Positions 23,731 through 35,685 of a stretch of 64,000 bases of DNA are shown here, in pieces. Source of the stretch: Scyliorhinus canicula (taxonomy: Eukaryota); assembly GCF_902713615.1 (NCBI RefSeq), contig NW_024055431.1:62001-126000 (forward strand), read 5' to 3'. Every line of letters starts with the position of its first letter. Within the stretch, counting starts at the first letter, position 1. Below the pieces are notes generated by a model. That model made no database searches. It was given only the letters and a program-made list of their open reading frames with translations, and was not told where the DNA came from. Both the position numbers and the translations under genes were made by a program.

Positions 23731-24289
23731 AAGAAGCTTCAGAAACTCATGAGAATTATTTGTTTTTAAAAACGCTTCACTCCAACGAAAGAATCAGCTC
23801 AATAAGAAGACATCAGACCTGCAGCGATATAAATATTGCAGTCTACATTCCATTTTCATCATCACAGCTTCAACTTGATCTGTATCTAATTTCGGTATAT
23901 GTCAGTGAGTGAAAGAACCGAGAGACTTAGATGCTTAAACATCCAGGGAAAGATTGTGATAATAAATAACCTTTATTCCTTTAAAAATCACCAGTAAGCC
24001 TGCTGCTGAACTGTATTTTAAATAAAGAAATATCATGCTGAGGGTCAGAAAATATCACACAAACATCCTGATAATGGACGGGAAAGGACCACGAAATGTA
24101 ATCAACCGTTGTATAACCCCCTTCAGGTAGCTATATAGAGGCTGCAGCCTCTCACACTGAATGTCTACGTGATCCATAGACACCTCCAGGCTACAAACAT
24201 CAGCTGCAGCCTGGGAGTGGGTGAAAGATCTTAAAAACCTGTTGTCAGAAATATAAACCCGGGCACTAGGACCCGGATGGGAAGAGAAA

Positions 24290-24550
24290 CCTACAGGTCC
24301 CGCCCACCAGCTGTTGCATAACCAAGACGCCAGCGCATGCGCTCTTTTTCCCCGGTGAATCAAGATGGCGGTTGTGAAGCAGGGCCTGGTTCCGGGAGAG
24401 AGCTGACCGGCGGTGATGTGACCTGAGGATCACCACACCTCAGGCAAGGGGCCAGGTTGGGAAGGCGGTGCCTTCAGGAATAACTGGGAAGGTGATGTTT
24501 GGTCAGTTGCTGCAGTCTGTGTAGTGAAGGTGCTGTCACAGTGGTGAGAG
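24290..24550 (+). promoter_or_regulatory. CpG-rich promoter and putative non-coding exon 1 of the 27.7-kb ZNF gene
   Basis: GCGCATGCGC (NRF1) 24333-24342; AAGATGGCGG (YY1) 24362-24371; GAG|GTAAGG donor at 24551. Confidence 0.55.
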
Positions 24551-24749
24551 GTAAGGAAGTACAGGATTATCACCCAGCAATGATGAATTAAGGGGAATGT
24601 AAATCCAGCTCAGGCTGCTTTCAGATTGGAAAGGGAGCTAAGGTGTGTCCTTAGAGCTGGTGAATGTTGTGGCTTTGCCAGTTTCTCTGTAAAGTCCTTC
24701 TCATTCATTCCCTCTCTTTACAGCACAGATAGAGGCCCTTTGGCCCATT

Positions 24750-25035
24750 CATAATAATCTTTAATATTAGTGTCAGAAGTAGGCTTACATTAACACTGCA
24801 ATGAAGTTGCTGTGAAAATCCCCCACTCGCCTGTTCAGGTACGCAGAGGAAGAATTCAAAATGTCCAATTCATCTAACAAACTCATCTTTCCGGACTTGT
24901 TGGAGGAAATCGGAGCACCTGGAGGAAACCCACGCAGACATGGGGAGAACGTGCAGACTCCGAAGCCGGGAATCGACCCCAAGTCCCTGATGCTGTGAAG
25001 CAACAGTGCTAACCACTATGCTACCGTGCTGCCCA
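24750..25035 (-). mobile_element. tRNA-derived SINE (TAA-repeat tail family)
   Basis: Homologous to copies at ~31150-31440 (+) and ~58080-58320 (-). Confidence 0.75.
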
Positions 25036-25149
25036 GAAGATTATTAGATTACTAATTCTGGATGAATTGTGTCCCAGGATGCTGTGGGAGGTGAGGGAGC
25101 GATTGCAGTGGCTCTTACCCAAAGATTTAACCATAAATTCGGCCTGTGA

Positions 25150-25530
25150 TCCGTAGAATTTCGAAGGTTAAGGTGTGATCTGATTGAAGTATTTAAGATA
25201 TTAACAGGGAAAGACAGGGTAGATAAAGATAAACTATTTCCACTGGTTGGAGATTCCAAAAGTAGGGATCATTGTCTAAAAATTAGGGCTTGACCGTTCA
25301 GGAGAGATGTTCGGAAGAACTTCTTCACACACAAGGTGGGAGAGGTTTGAAACTCTTTCCCACAAACAGCAGGTGAAGTTGGATCAGTTGTTAAGTTTAA
25401 ATCTGAGGTAGAGTTTTGTTAAGCAAAGATATTAATGGATATGGAGTTAGATCACAGATCAGCCATGATCTCACTAAATGGCAGGACAGACTCGAGGGGC
25501 TGAATGGCCTACTCCTGTCCCTATGTGTAT
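25150..25530 (+). mobile_element. CR1-like LINE 3' end
   Basis: GTGTGATCTGATTGAAGTATTTAAG...GGGGCTGAATGGCCTACTCCTG tail. Confidence 0.75.
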
Positions 25531-25563
25531 TTCTGTAATTCTGAAATACAGACAATAATATGA

Positions 25564-25800
25564 TAGGGGCAGCACGGTGGCGCAGTGGGGTTAGCCTTGC
25601 AGCCTCACGGCGCCGAGGACCCAGGTTCAATCCCGGCTCAGGGTCACTGTCCGTGTGGAGTTTGCACATTCTCCCCATGTCTGCGTGGGTTTCGGCCCCA
25701 CAACCCAAAAATGTGCAGGCTAGGTGGATTGGCCACACTAAATTGCACCTTAATTGGAAAAAAAATGAATTGGGTACACTAAATTTTAAAAAGATAGTAT
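25564..25800 (+). mobile_element. HE1-like SINE
   Basis: GGGGCAGCACGGTGGCGCAGTGG head. Confidence 0.85.
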
Positions 25801-26620
25801 ACCATGAAAGGGAAAGAGTTCGGATTAGAACCTGAGTTAGTCCGAGCTGCAAACCATCCCTCCAGGTCCTGGCCCTTCATAGATTTAACGAAGGCCAAGG
25901 CGATAGTTGGATTATTGAAAGACTTGATGGATTTGTTGGATACCATTTTTTGGGTCTCAGGATAAAGCCTGACGTAATTCACTCCCCACAGGCTTGAGCT
26001 GCCTTTGAACTTCATCGAAGCCTCGACGCTTCGTTTGTGTTGCTGCCGAAAGTCCTGAATCGTCCCTCTCTCCTGGAGCCAGACGCCACCTCACCGTACC
26101 CTCTCCAGGACATTCTGGCGATCTTTCCAGTTGTGGAAGTGAATGATTACAGGCCTGGGATGAAAACTATCCCTCAGCCTCAAAGACGGGATACGATACA
26201 TCCTTTCTAATTTGAAACACCCAGGCTTCACATCCAGCTTGAGAAAACGTGGCTTCCGGTCCTCGAAGAACTAACAGGGAGCCTTACCATCCACACCTTC
26301 TGACAGGCCATCAACTCGGATGTTCTTTCTCCGAAGCTCGGTTCTCCAAATCCTCCAGGACCTCCGCCAGCCACTCGGCTGGTTTTCAAAGGATTGAATT
26401 CTTACCTCCGTGAAGGAGGCATCTTGCTGAATGTTCAGGTTCTCTCCTCCGGATCATCGAGCCTCTTTCTGGTGTTTTGCAGCTGGGCCTCATGTGCTCA
26501 CAGATATTGAGTCAGCACACTCCGCCTCTGGTTAGTAACACGGATAATGTCGGCAGTCATCATTTTCGCCACCTCTTGAGAGAGCCCCAGAGAGCGCGGG
26601 ATCGTGAGACCTCCTGAGGG
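25800..26620 (-). mobile_element. Degenerate L1-type ORF1 remnant
   Basis: Minus strand gives LEDLENR(fs)RRKNIRVDGLSEGVDGK, the L1 ORF1p coiled-coil/RRM junction motif, with frameshifts. Confidence 0.7.
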
Positions 26621-27698
26621 TCAGGCCGCATTGTTGAAAAGGCGGCTTCATTCCCGCTGAATCCACCTGCCCTGTTTTATCAGCCATTTCTTCACTTTTT
26701 ACAGCATAATCCTTCCAGACCGAACCCTGAAGTCTTCCAGGGACATGATAACAAATATTAATTCAAGGATTAGGTAGATGAGTGCCAGGCAATCAGGATA
26801 AGTGACAGATCATAGGTCAGTGGCACCAGAACCTGCGGAAAACAAGCTAATCCCATTCCGGTGGGAGGGATTTCTTCACTCGAGGATGTGGTGAAGCTTT
26901 GGAATTCTCTACCTCCGAGGATTCTGCAGCTTCAATCGTCAAGTATGTTCAAGACACAGATTGACAAGTTTCTAGATATTGAAGATGTCGAGGGATATGG
27001 GGATAGTGTGGGAAAATGGTGCTGAGGTAGATCGGCTAAGGATCCCATTGAATGGTTCAGCTTCAATGGGCCGAATGGCCGACTGCAACTCATATTTGTT
27101 ATGATCTCCTGGACAGGAAGCTGTGAGCTTGGATCTGTCAATCAACATGAATCAGCACCTTCAGGAGAATTGGGAGGGTGAATATTAGATACAGCAGTGT
27201 GAGAATGGAGGGAGATTGTGTGGGATGGATATGTACAGCTCTCAGGGAATAAGAGAGAGGAAACAATGTGACATAGAAGCTAGCATTGCTGTTCTGAGTT
27301 TCAATCCTGTACTGACAGTGATGAATTTTGTAAATTGTTTCTTCCAGGATATTAGGCAAGGAGGAATTACAGCTAGAAATCTCAAATGTTACGTCCCGAT
27401 CTGACAGCCACTCCCTTCCTTGGAACCTGAATACCATCGGGCTTTCAATCTAGAAGGAGAAATGTTTACCCGAACTGTCAGCTAAACATTTCAACCATTA
27501 GTGCGACTGGAAAAGCACCGAGACCCACACAACACACACCCGAGTGCGAGAATTCCAGTGAACTGACTGTGGAAAGAGCTTTAACCAGTTACACAGCAAG
27601 AAAAACATAACATTCCGAGTGAGGAGAGACCGTACCCGTGTTGTGGATGAGACTTCAACTGATTGTCCAACCTGGAGAGACGTGAGGAGACCCAAAAC

Positions 27699-28517
27699 AT
27701 GGAGAAACCGTGGAAATGTGGGGATTGTGGGAAGGGATACAGAGTCCCATCTCAGCTGGAAATTCATCAACGCAGTCACACCGGGGAGAGGCCATTCACC
27801 TGCTCAAAGTGTGGGAAGGGATTTACTCAGTTCTCCAGTCTGCAGACACATCAGCGAGTTCACACTGGGGAGAGGCCACTCACCTGCTCTCAGTGTGGGA
27901 AGGGATTTACTCGGTTATCCACACTGCAGACACATCAGCGAGTTCACACTGGCGAGAAGCCATTCACCTGCTCCCAGTGTGGGAAGGGATTTACTCAATT
28001 ATATCACCTGCAGAGACACCTGCGAGTTCACACTGGGGAGAGACCGTTCACCTGTCCTCTGTGCGGGAAAGGATTTACTCGAGTATTCAACCTGCAGTCA
28101 CACCAGCGAGTTCACACTGGGGAGAGGCCGTTCACCTGCTCTCAATGTGGGAAAGGATTTGCTGAAGTATCCAACCTGCGGAGACACCAGCGAGTTCACA
28201 CTGGTGAGAGGCCGTTCACCTGCTCTCAGTGTGGGAAAGGATTTACTCAATTATCTCACCTGCGGACACACCAGCGAGTTCAGACTGGGGAGAGGCCATT
28301 CACCTGCTCTCGGTGTGGGAAGGGATTCACTCGGTTATCTCACCTGCAGTCACACCAGCGAGTTCACACTGGGGAGAGGCCATTGATCTGCTCTCAGTGT
28401 GGGAAAGGATTTACTCGTTTATTCACCCTGCGGAGACACCAGCGAGTTCACACTGGGGAGACGCCGTCCACCTCTCCATGTGAGACAGGATTACATGTTT
28501 CATCGCGCCTCCTGTGA
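27699..28517 (+). CDS. C2H2 zinc-finger protein, 9 fingers (finger 7 lacks its last His), no N-terminal effector domain seen
   Basis: [13 protein letters not shown]... with TGERPF linkers; ATG at 27699; acceptor TTCCAG ends at 27347. Confidence 0.85.
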   Translation: MEKPWKCGDCGKGYRVPSQLEIHQRSHTGERPFTCSKCGKGFTQFSSLQTHQRVHTGERPLTCSQCGKGFTRLSTLQTHQRVHTGEKPFTCSQCGKGFTQLYHLQRHLRVHTGERPFTCPLCGKGFTRVFNLQSHQRVHTGERPFTCSQCGKGFAEVSNLRRHQRVHTGERPFTCSQCGKGFTQLSHLRTHQRVQTGERPFTCSRCGKGFTRLSHLQSHQRVHTGERPLICSQCGKGFTRLFTLRRHQRVHTGETPSTSPCETGLHVSSRLL

Positions 28518-28982
28518 CACCAACAATTTCACAATCGATTACAGGGTTGGATTCTGCTGTTATTGTTTCTGCTCTACAACCAGGACTGCATTTTGTTCAT
28601 TCTGACACGTGGTAAGTGGGGATGGTCGGAGGGTTTCTTTCTGCTGGACTAGCCGGTCTCACCACTTTGCCTCCAGTGGGCTGATGCTCTTTGAGCCTTG
28701 TTGCTAATACCTGGCTTCAAATTGCACAAGGATCTCAGAGTGAAAGGGTGTTTGGAAGTTTGAAGATATTTAGTTTCCATTTCTGTTTGGAACCCCCAAA
28801 GCATGCCACGTTGCCATGGAGATGGGCCCTGGTGGTTACATGGTTCTTTTGTATAATTTATATGGGTGTTCCTCACAGAAGAAAACTATCAGGGTATGAG
28901 GGGCAAGTTGTCTGAGGTGGATTGGGAAACTGATTGTTACAGGGAATACCTACTATTTAAGGAATTATTACATATTTATCAG

Positions 28983-29200
28983 GGGGTCGGTTAGCTCAGT
29001 TGGCTGGACGACTGGTTTGTGATGCAGAGCGAGGCCAACAGTGAGGATTCAACTCCCGTACTGGCTGAGTTTATTCATGAAGGCCTGCCCTTCTCAACCA
29101 GGCCCCTCGCTTGAAGTGTGCTGACCCTCGGGTTAAATCACCTCCAGTCAGCTCTCTCTCTGTCAATGGCGAGAGCAGCCTATGGTCCTCTGGGAATTTT
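28983..29200 (+). mobile_element. tRNA-derived SINE (second family)
   Basis: TAGCTCAGTTGGCTGG A-box; related copies at 13372, ~24395-24485 (-) and ~34535. Confidence 0.75.
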
Positions 29201-29239
29201 GCAACATTTATTTCACATATATACAACAAATATAGATTC

Positions 29240-30960
29240 CTTTAAAGAATAAAAATCCAACAGGAAAAGTGATGTAACCGTGGCGAACAAGAAAAGTTAA
29301 AGATTCCATGAGATCCATTAGAATTCAGCAAAGGAGGACCAAGAAACTGACGTGAGCAAACTGGTGAGAAACATAAAAACCGACTGGAAAAGCTTCTACA
29401 GGAATGTGAAAATGAAAAGATTAGCAAAGACCAATGTGGGTCCATTCCAGGCAGAGACAGGAGAGCTTATAATGGGGAGTAAGGAAATGGCAGAGAAACT
29501 GAACAATGTGTGTCTGTCTTTACGGAGGAAGATGCAAAAATTTCCCCCAAACCCTAGAGACCCAAGGGGCTCGTGAGCACAAGGAACAGTAAGAGATGAG
29601 AATTAGTGAAAAAGTAGTACTGGAGAAATTAATGGGGTTGGAAGTGAATAAATACCCAAAAGCTGATGATCTACATCCCAGAGTGTTGAACAAGGTGGCT
29701 TTCCTCATTCTAAATTATCCTGACTCTATCTGTAACGGACAAACGTTTCCTTTTTACGTACCTATAGAAACCTTTACCACCGTCCATTTTTATGTAATTT
29801 GCTGGTTCACATTCAGATTCTATTCTCCCTCGCTTTCTCGGTGTCTTGGTCCTCTGTTCTATTGTAAAATCGTCCCAATCCTCAGGTTTATTCCTATTTC
29901 TGATAATATTATCGGCCTTTTCTTTCAATCTTTTACAAAACTTCACTCCTAGGGGCTGGTTTAGCTCACTGAGCTAATTCGCTGGCTTTTAAAGCAGGCC
30001 AGCAGCACGGTTCGATTTCTGTACCAGTCTCCCCGGACAGGCGCCGGAATGTGGCGACTAGGGGCTTTTCACAGTAACTTCATTGAAGCCTACTCGTGAC
30101 AATAAGCGATTTTCATTTCATTTCCCTCTGGTAGTCACGGTTCTCTGACCTTTTGGGGTTCTTGTGCCTTGAAGGAATGTAAACTGTGTAATAATTATTG
30201 AAAGTCTATCCATTGCCTGTGGACTGTCACACATTTTAATTTACTTACCCCAATCCACCTCAGCTAATTTATCCCTTCTACGTTCATAATTTCCTTCAAA
30301 CTTAATACCCTGGTTTCGGATTGGAATACCTCAGATTCAATATTCTGGTCACTCATCCCTAAAGGTTGTTTTACAGCGCGATTATTAATTAGCCCTTTAT
30401 CATTGCATAATATTAGATCTGCAAAGCCTGTTCTCTAGTCGGTTCCTCAACTTACTGCTCTAGAAAACTGTCCCGAACACACTCCAGAAACGTGTCCTCC
30501 ACAGCATCAGTGCCCATTAGGTTTACCCAGTCTATATGCAGATTGAAGTCACCCATTAATGTTTTACCCATGCTACATGCTTCTCTAATCTCCGATTAAT
30601 ACCATGTCACACACAACCCCTACTGTTTGGTGGCCTATAACAGCTCTTACCAATGTTTCCTGCCCCATGCTGTTTATTGGCTCCATCCAAACATATTCCA
30701 TGTTTTGTATTCCTGATCTGAGATCCACCCTTACTAATGTTCTGATGCCGTCCCTTATTATCTGAGCAACACCACCTCCTTTTCCTTTTTGCCTGCATCA
30801 TTAGCAAACTAAGTGAGCATACCTTTGGTCCCATCATCAAAGTCATTGATATAAATTGTAAAATGTTGAGGCTCCAGCACTGATCCCTGTGACACACCAC
30901 TCATTACACCTTGCCAACCAGAAAATTGCCTATTTATGCCTACTCTCGGTTTTCTGGCAG
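29240..30960. mobile_element. Mosaic of CR1 ORF2 fragments in both orientations with a SINE at ~29951-30125
   Basis: KSFYRNVKMKRLAKTNVGP (+) and GFYRYVKRKRL (-); RT fragment GVPQGSVLEP-like on the - strand. Confidence 0.75.
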
Positions 30961-31599
30961 CTGGCTAATCTTTCACCATGAAAGACAGTTCTGGGATTAA
31001 AGGCTGCCTGACTGTGAAAAGAACGGAAGTAAATCCTCGGGAATGACTCATTAATTAGGACTGGTTCTGAGATAATTCAGTTTCGACTTGCAGGGCAGAG
31101 TAACCATAACTGTACAGTTCGAATTTAGATTGCGTAACTTTAGTACAGTAACACAGTGGTAAGCACTGTTGCTTCACAACGCCAGGGTCCCAGGTTAGAT
31201 TCCCACTTGGGTCACTGTTGTACAGAGTCTGCATGTTCTCCCCGTGTCTGGGTAGGTTTCCTCCGGATGCTCCGGTTTCCTCCCAAAAGATGTGCTTGTT
31301 AGATGAATTTGGCGTCCTGAATTCTCCCTCTGAGTACCCGAACAGGCGCTGGACTGTGGCGACTTAGGGATTTTCACAGTAACATTGCAGTGTTAATGTC
31401 AGCCTACTTGTGAAAATAATTAAGATTATGATTATTAAAAATGAGCAAAGTTCTGTGTGTAGGTTCAAATATCTTCTAGTTTGTTTGAAACATAGACTTT
31501 ACAGTGCAGAAGGAGGCCATTCGGCCCATCGAGTCTGCCCCGGTACTGGCTCTTTGAAAGAGCACGCTACCCAATCCCACCTTCCACCCATAACCCAGT

Positions 31600-31825
31600 A
31601 ACCCAACCCAACACTAAGGGCAATTTTGGACACAAAGGCACATGACCAGTCCACCTAACCTACAGATCTTTGGACTGTGGGAGGAAACAGGAGCACCCGG
31701 AGGAAACCCACGCACACATGGGAGAACGTGCAGACTCCGCACAGACAGTGACCCAGCCGGGAACCGAACCTGGGACCCTGGAGCTGTGAAGCAATTGTGC
31801 TAACCACTGTGCTACCGTCCTGCCC
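31600..31825 (-). mobile_element. HE1-like SINE immediately downstream of the tRNA
   Basis: GGGCAGGACGGTAGCACAGTGGTTAGC head on the - strand. Confidence 0.85.
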
Positions 31826-31841
31826 ATAAAAGTTTGAACAC

Positions 31842-31914
31842 CGAGCCAGCCAGGAATCGAACCTCGAATCTCCTGATTCGTAGTCAGACGCATTATCCAT
31901 TGCGCCACTGGCCC
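31842..31914 (-). tRNA. tRNA-Arg(ACG), variant
   Basis: GGGCCAGTGGCGCAATGGATAATGCGTCTGACTACGAATCAGGAGATTCGAGGTTCGATTCCTGGCTGGCTCG, 73 nt, cloverleaf; TTTT terminator about 11 nt downstream. About 5 differences from the recalled vertebrate Arg-ACG sequence. Confidence 0.88.
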
Positions 31915-32239
31915 ACATGTAACAGTTTGATGCATTAAAAGTCATAAAACATAAAGGCCCGTTGTGTGATTCTTTCATTTGTTGACTGGGAATTCAATTT
32001 CTTTTAAAGAAGGTGCTGACATTTATGGAAGTCCTAATCCACAAAATCTTACTTCGGATTTGAGCATCGGGTACCGTTCTGTTTCTATTGCTCGTGTCAA
32101 AGGCAGCCAGGTGATGGAGCTGAGGGCTGAATTTAGCTGAGAATAAAGGGGCCTGTTCACTAATAGACAGGAAGGTATTGGAGGCCTGACTTGTGAAATT
32201 GACCTCCAACTAATCAGGGGTGGGGTAAGCCTACTTTTT

Positions 32240-32585
32240 TTTTAGAATTAGAACAGTACAGCACAGAACAGGCCCTTCGGCCCTCGATGTTGTGCCGAGC
32301 AATGATCACCCTACTCAAGCCCACGTATCCACCCTATACCAGTAACCCAACAACCCCCATTAACCTTAATTTTTTTTTAGGACACTAAGGGCAATTTAGC
32401 CTGGCCAATCCACCTAACCCGCACATCTTTGGACTGTGGGAGGAAACCGGAGCACCCGGAGGAAACCCACGCACAAACGGGGAGGACGGGCAGACTCCAC
32501 ACAGACAGCGACCCAGCCGGGAATCGAACCTGGGACCCTGGAGCTGTGAAGCATTGATGCTAACCACCATGCTACCGTGCTGCCC
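32240..32585 (-). mobile_element. Young HE1-like SINE
   Basis: Near-identical to copies at ~35148, ~52405 and ~56013. Confidence 0.9.
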
Positions 32586-32599
32586 CGTGCTACTTGTGG

Positions 32600-33700
32600 C
32601 AATAAAGATTATTATTATAAGTGCTTTGCTACAAAATCTTTGGCAATGGATTCTAGACTTTCCCCCACTGCCGATGTCAGGCTTACTGGTCGATAATTCC
32701 CTGTTTTCTCTCTGTATCCCTTTTTTCAATAGTGGAATTACATAAGGCACACTCCAATCTGCAGGAATTGTTCCAGGGTCTGTAGAATCCTGGAAGGTGA
32801 CCACCATCTATTTCTACAGCCACTTCTTTTAAGTACTTTGGGATGCAGATTATCAGACCCTGGGGATTTATCAGCCTTCAATCCCATCAATTTCCCAACA
32901 CCATTTCTCTCCTAATATTGATCTCCTTCAGTTCCCCCCCCTCACTAAATCCTGCTTTCCCCAACATTTCTGGTATCTGATTTGAGCCCTTATTTGTGAA
33001 GACAGAACCAAAGTATGTATTTATTTGCTCAGCCATTTCTTTGTTCCCTATTATACATTCCCCTGTTTCTGACTGTAAGGAACCTACATTTGTCTTCCCC
33101 AATCTTTTTCTCTTCACATACCTATAGAAACTTTTCCAATCAGCCTAATTTCCTGTTTTATGCCATTCCCAACATCACCACTGCAGTTTGGGGGTCTATA
33201 TACGATGCTCACTAATGTTTTTGCCCCTTGGTGTTTCTCAGCTCCACCCATACAGATTCCACATTGTTGGAGCTAATATCCTTCCTCACTATTGCATTAA
33301 TTTCCTCTTTAACCAGCACTGCCACTCCACTGCCTTTCCTTTTTTGTCTGTCCTCCCTAAATACTGAATATATTCAGTTCCCATCCCTGGTCATTCTGCA
33401 GCCACGTATCCATAATCCCGATTATAGTACTGAGTATAGGAGGAACTTCTTCACCCAAAGGGTTGTGAATCTATGGAATTCCTTGCCCAGTGAAGCAGTT
33501 GAGGCTCCTTCATTAAATGTTTTTAAGATAACGATAGATCGTTTTTTGAAGAATAAAGCGATTAACGGTTATGGTGCTCGGGCCGGAAAGTGGAACTGAG
33601 TCCACAAAAGATCAGCCATGATCTCATTGAATGGCGGAGCAGGCTCGAGGGGCCAGATGACCTACTCCTGCTCCTAGTTCTTATGTTCTTATATCACACC
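32600..33700. mobile_element. CR1 fragments (ORF2 on -, 3' end on +)
   Basis: KRKRLGKTNVGSLQSETGECIIGNKEMAE (-); RRNFFTQRVVNLWNSLP (+). Confidence 0.8.
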
Positions 33701-33714
33701 TGTTCATGTATATT

Positions 33715-33853
33715 TGTGCAATTCACTTGGTTATGCCGTCTGCAGTCACACCAGGGAGTTCACACTGGGGAGAGGCCATTCACCTGCCCTCAATGTGTGA
33801 AGAGATTTAGTCATTCATCGCACTTCCTAAGACACCAACAAGTTCACAACTGA
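33715..33853 (+). pseudogene. Truncated ZNF relic (last 1-2 fingers), paralog of the 27.7-kb gene 3' end
   Basis: [30 protein letters not shown]; 3' flank homologous to 28520-29100. Confidence 0.8.
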
Positions 33854-34325
33854 TTACAGGGATTGGATTCTGCTGTTCTTGTTTCTGTTCTCAGTTACAT
33901 CCAGGACTGCATTTTGTTCATTCTGTTGGTCAATGGGGATGGTCAGAGGGTTTCTTTCTACTGGACTGGCCGGTCTCACGGCTTCGTCTCCAGTGGGCTG
34001 ATTCTCTCTGAGCCTTCTTGCGAATACCTCGTTTCACATTTCACAAGGATCAAAGATTGAAAGGGGGTTTGGAGGTTAGAAGATGTTTCATTACCATTTA
34101 TGTTTGGAAACCCCCAAAATCATGCCACATTGCCATGAAGATGGGCTATGGTGGTTACATGGTTCTTTTTAATTTATCTTGATGCTTCTCACAGAATAAA
34201 ACTATCGGAGTATGAGGGGCAAGTTGCCTGAGGTGCACTGGGAATCTACATTGAATAGTATGGTGGGAGACAGGCAATCACTGATATTTGAGGAATCATT
34301 ACAGATTTACACGGGGATCGGTTAG

Positions 34326-34535
34326 GTCAATTTTTTTTTAATGTTATAATTGTAGAGTACCCAATTCATTTTTTCCAATTTACCTACCCTGCACATCTTT
34401 GGGTTGTGGGGACAAAACTCACGCAAACACGGGGAGAATGTGCCAACTCCACACGGACAGTGACGCAGAGCTGGGATCTCGGGACCTCGGCGCCGTGAGG
34501 CAGCAGTGCTACCCACTGTGCCACCGTGCTGCCCT
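34326..34535 (-). mobile_element. HE1-like SINE nested in a second-family SINE head
   Basis: Interrupts GGTTAG|...|GTTAGCTCAG. Confidence 0.8.
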
Positions 34536-35147
34536 TCAGTTAGCTCAGTTGACTGGATGTCTGGTTTGTGTTGAGTGACACCAACAGCACAGGTTAAATT
34601 CCCATACTGGCTGAGGTTAGCCATGGTCTGTGTCAGTATGTATGCTCCACATGATCCTCCACCCACCCCTCTACTTCTCCCCCCCCCCCCCCCCAATCAG
34701 CGTCTCCTTCTATTCCTTTCTCTCTCATGCATGTATCTAGCTTTACGTTCAATGGATTCATGCTGTTCACCTCAACCACTCGCTGTGGTAACGAGTTCCA
34801 CATTCCCACCACTCTCTGGGTAAAGAGGTTCTACTGACCTTCCTATTGGATTATTGAATTCCTTCATAATCTGAAAGACGTCCATCAGGTCACCCATCAG
34901 TCTTCTCTTTTCCAAAAAAAGCAGCCCCAGCCTTTCCCGAGTGTTAAATGCTCTCAGTTCTGCATATCATGAATGTTTGTTGCACCTTCTCCAGTGCCTC
35001 AATTTCCTTTTTCTGAATGGAGATCATCAATGTTGAAAGTGCTCCCAGTGTAGTCTAACCCTGAGCTTATCAATTCTACCCTTTAGAGTGGAAACCTATA
35101 TATGGGACCCACACTTTGGGAAAGATGTGAAGTTCTTTGAGAGGCAG

Positions 35148-35495
35148 CAGGGTAGCATGGTGGTTAGCATAAATGCTTCACAGCTCCAGGGTCCCAGGTT
35201 CGATTCCCGGCTGGGTCACTGTCTGTGTGGAGTCTGCACGTCCTCCCCCTGTGTGCGTGGGTTTCCTCCGGGTGCTCCGGTTTCCTCCCACAGTCCAAAG
35301 ATGTGCGGGTTAGGTGGATTGGCCATGCTAAATTGCCCGTAGTGTCCTAATAAAAGTAAGGTTAAGGGGGGGGGGGTTGTTGGGTTACGGGTATAGGGTG
35401 GATACGTGGGTTTGAGTAGGGTGATCATGGCTCGGCACAACATTGAGGGCCGAAGGGCTTGTTCTGTGCTGTACTGTTCTATGTTCTATGTTCTA
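35148..35495 (+). mobile_element. Young HE1-like SINE
   Basis: Full head, core and (TTCTATG)n tail. Confidence 0.9.
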
Positions 35496-35685
35496 GAGGG
35501 GTAGAGGACATTTACGAGAAAGGCACCAGAGATGAGGGACTCAGTTGAAGTGACTGGAGCAGCTGAATTTCTCTCCTGAGATCACAGCATGTGGAGGGTG
35601 GGGAATGGGGCCATTCAGCCCTTTGGGACCATGTCAGCTCTCTGTTTAGGAAGCCAGTCTGTCCATTGCCTCATTCTGTCCCCGA

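Noticed and set aside
27619-28483. Alternative-frame and antisense ORFs over ZNF exons (also 43047-44158)
   Set aside because: Shadow frames of the periodic finger repeat.
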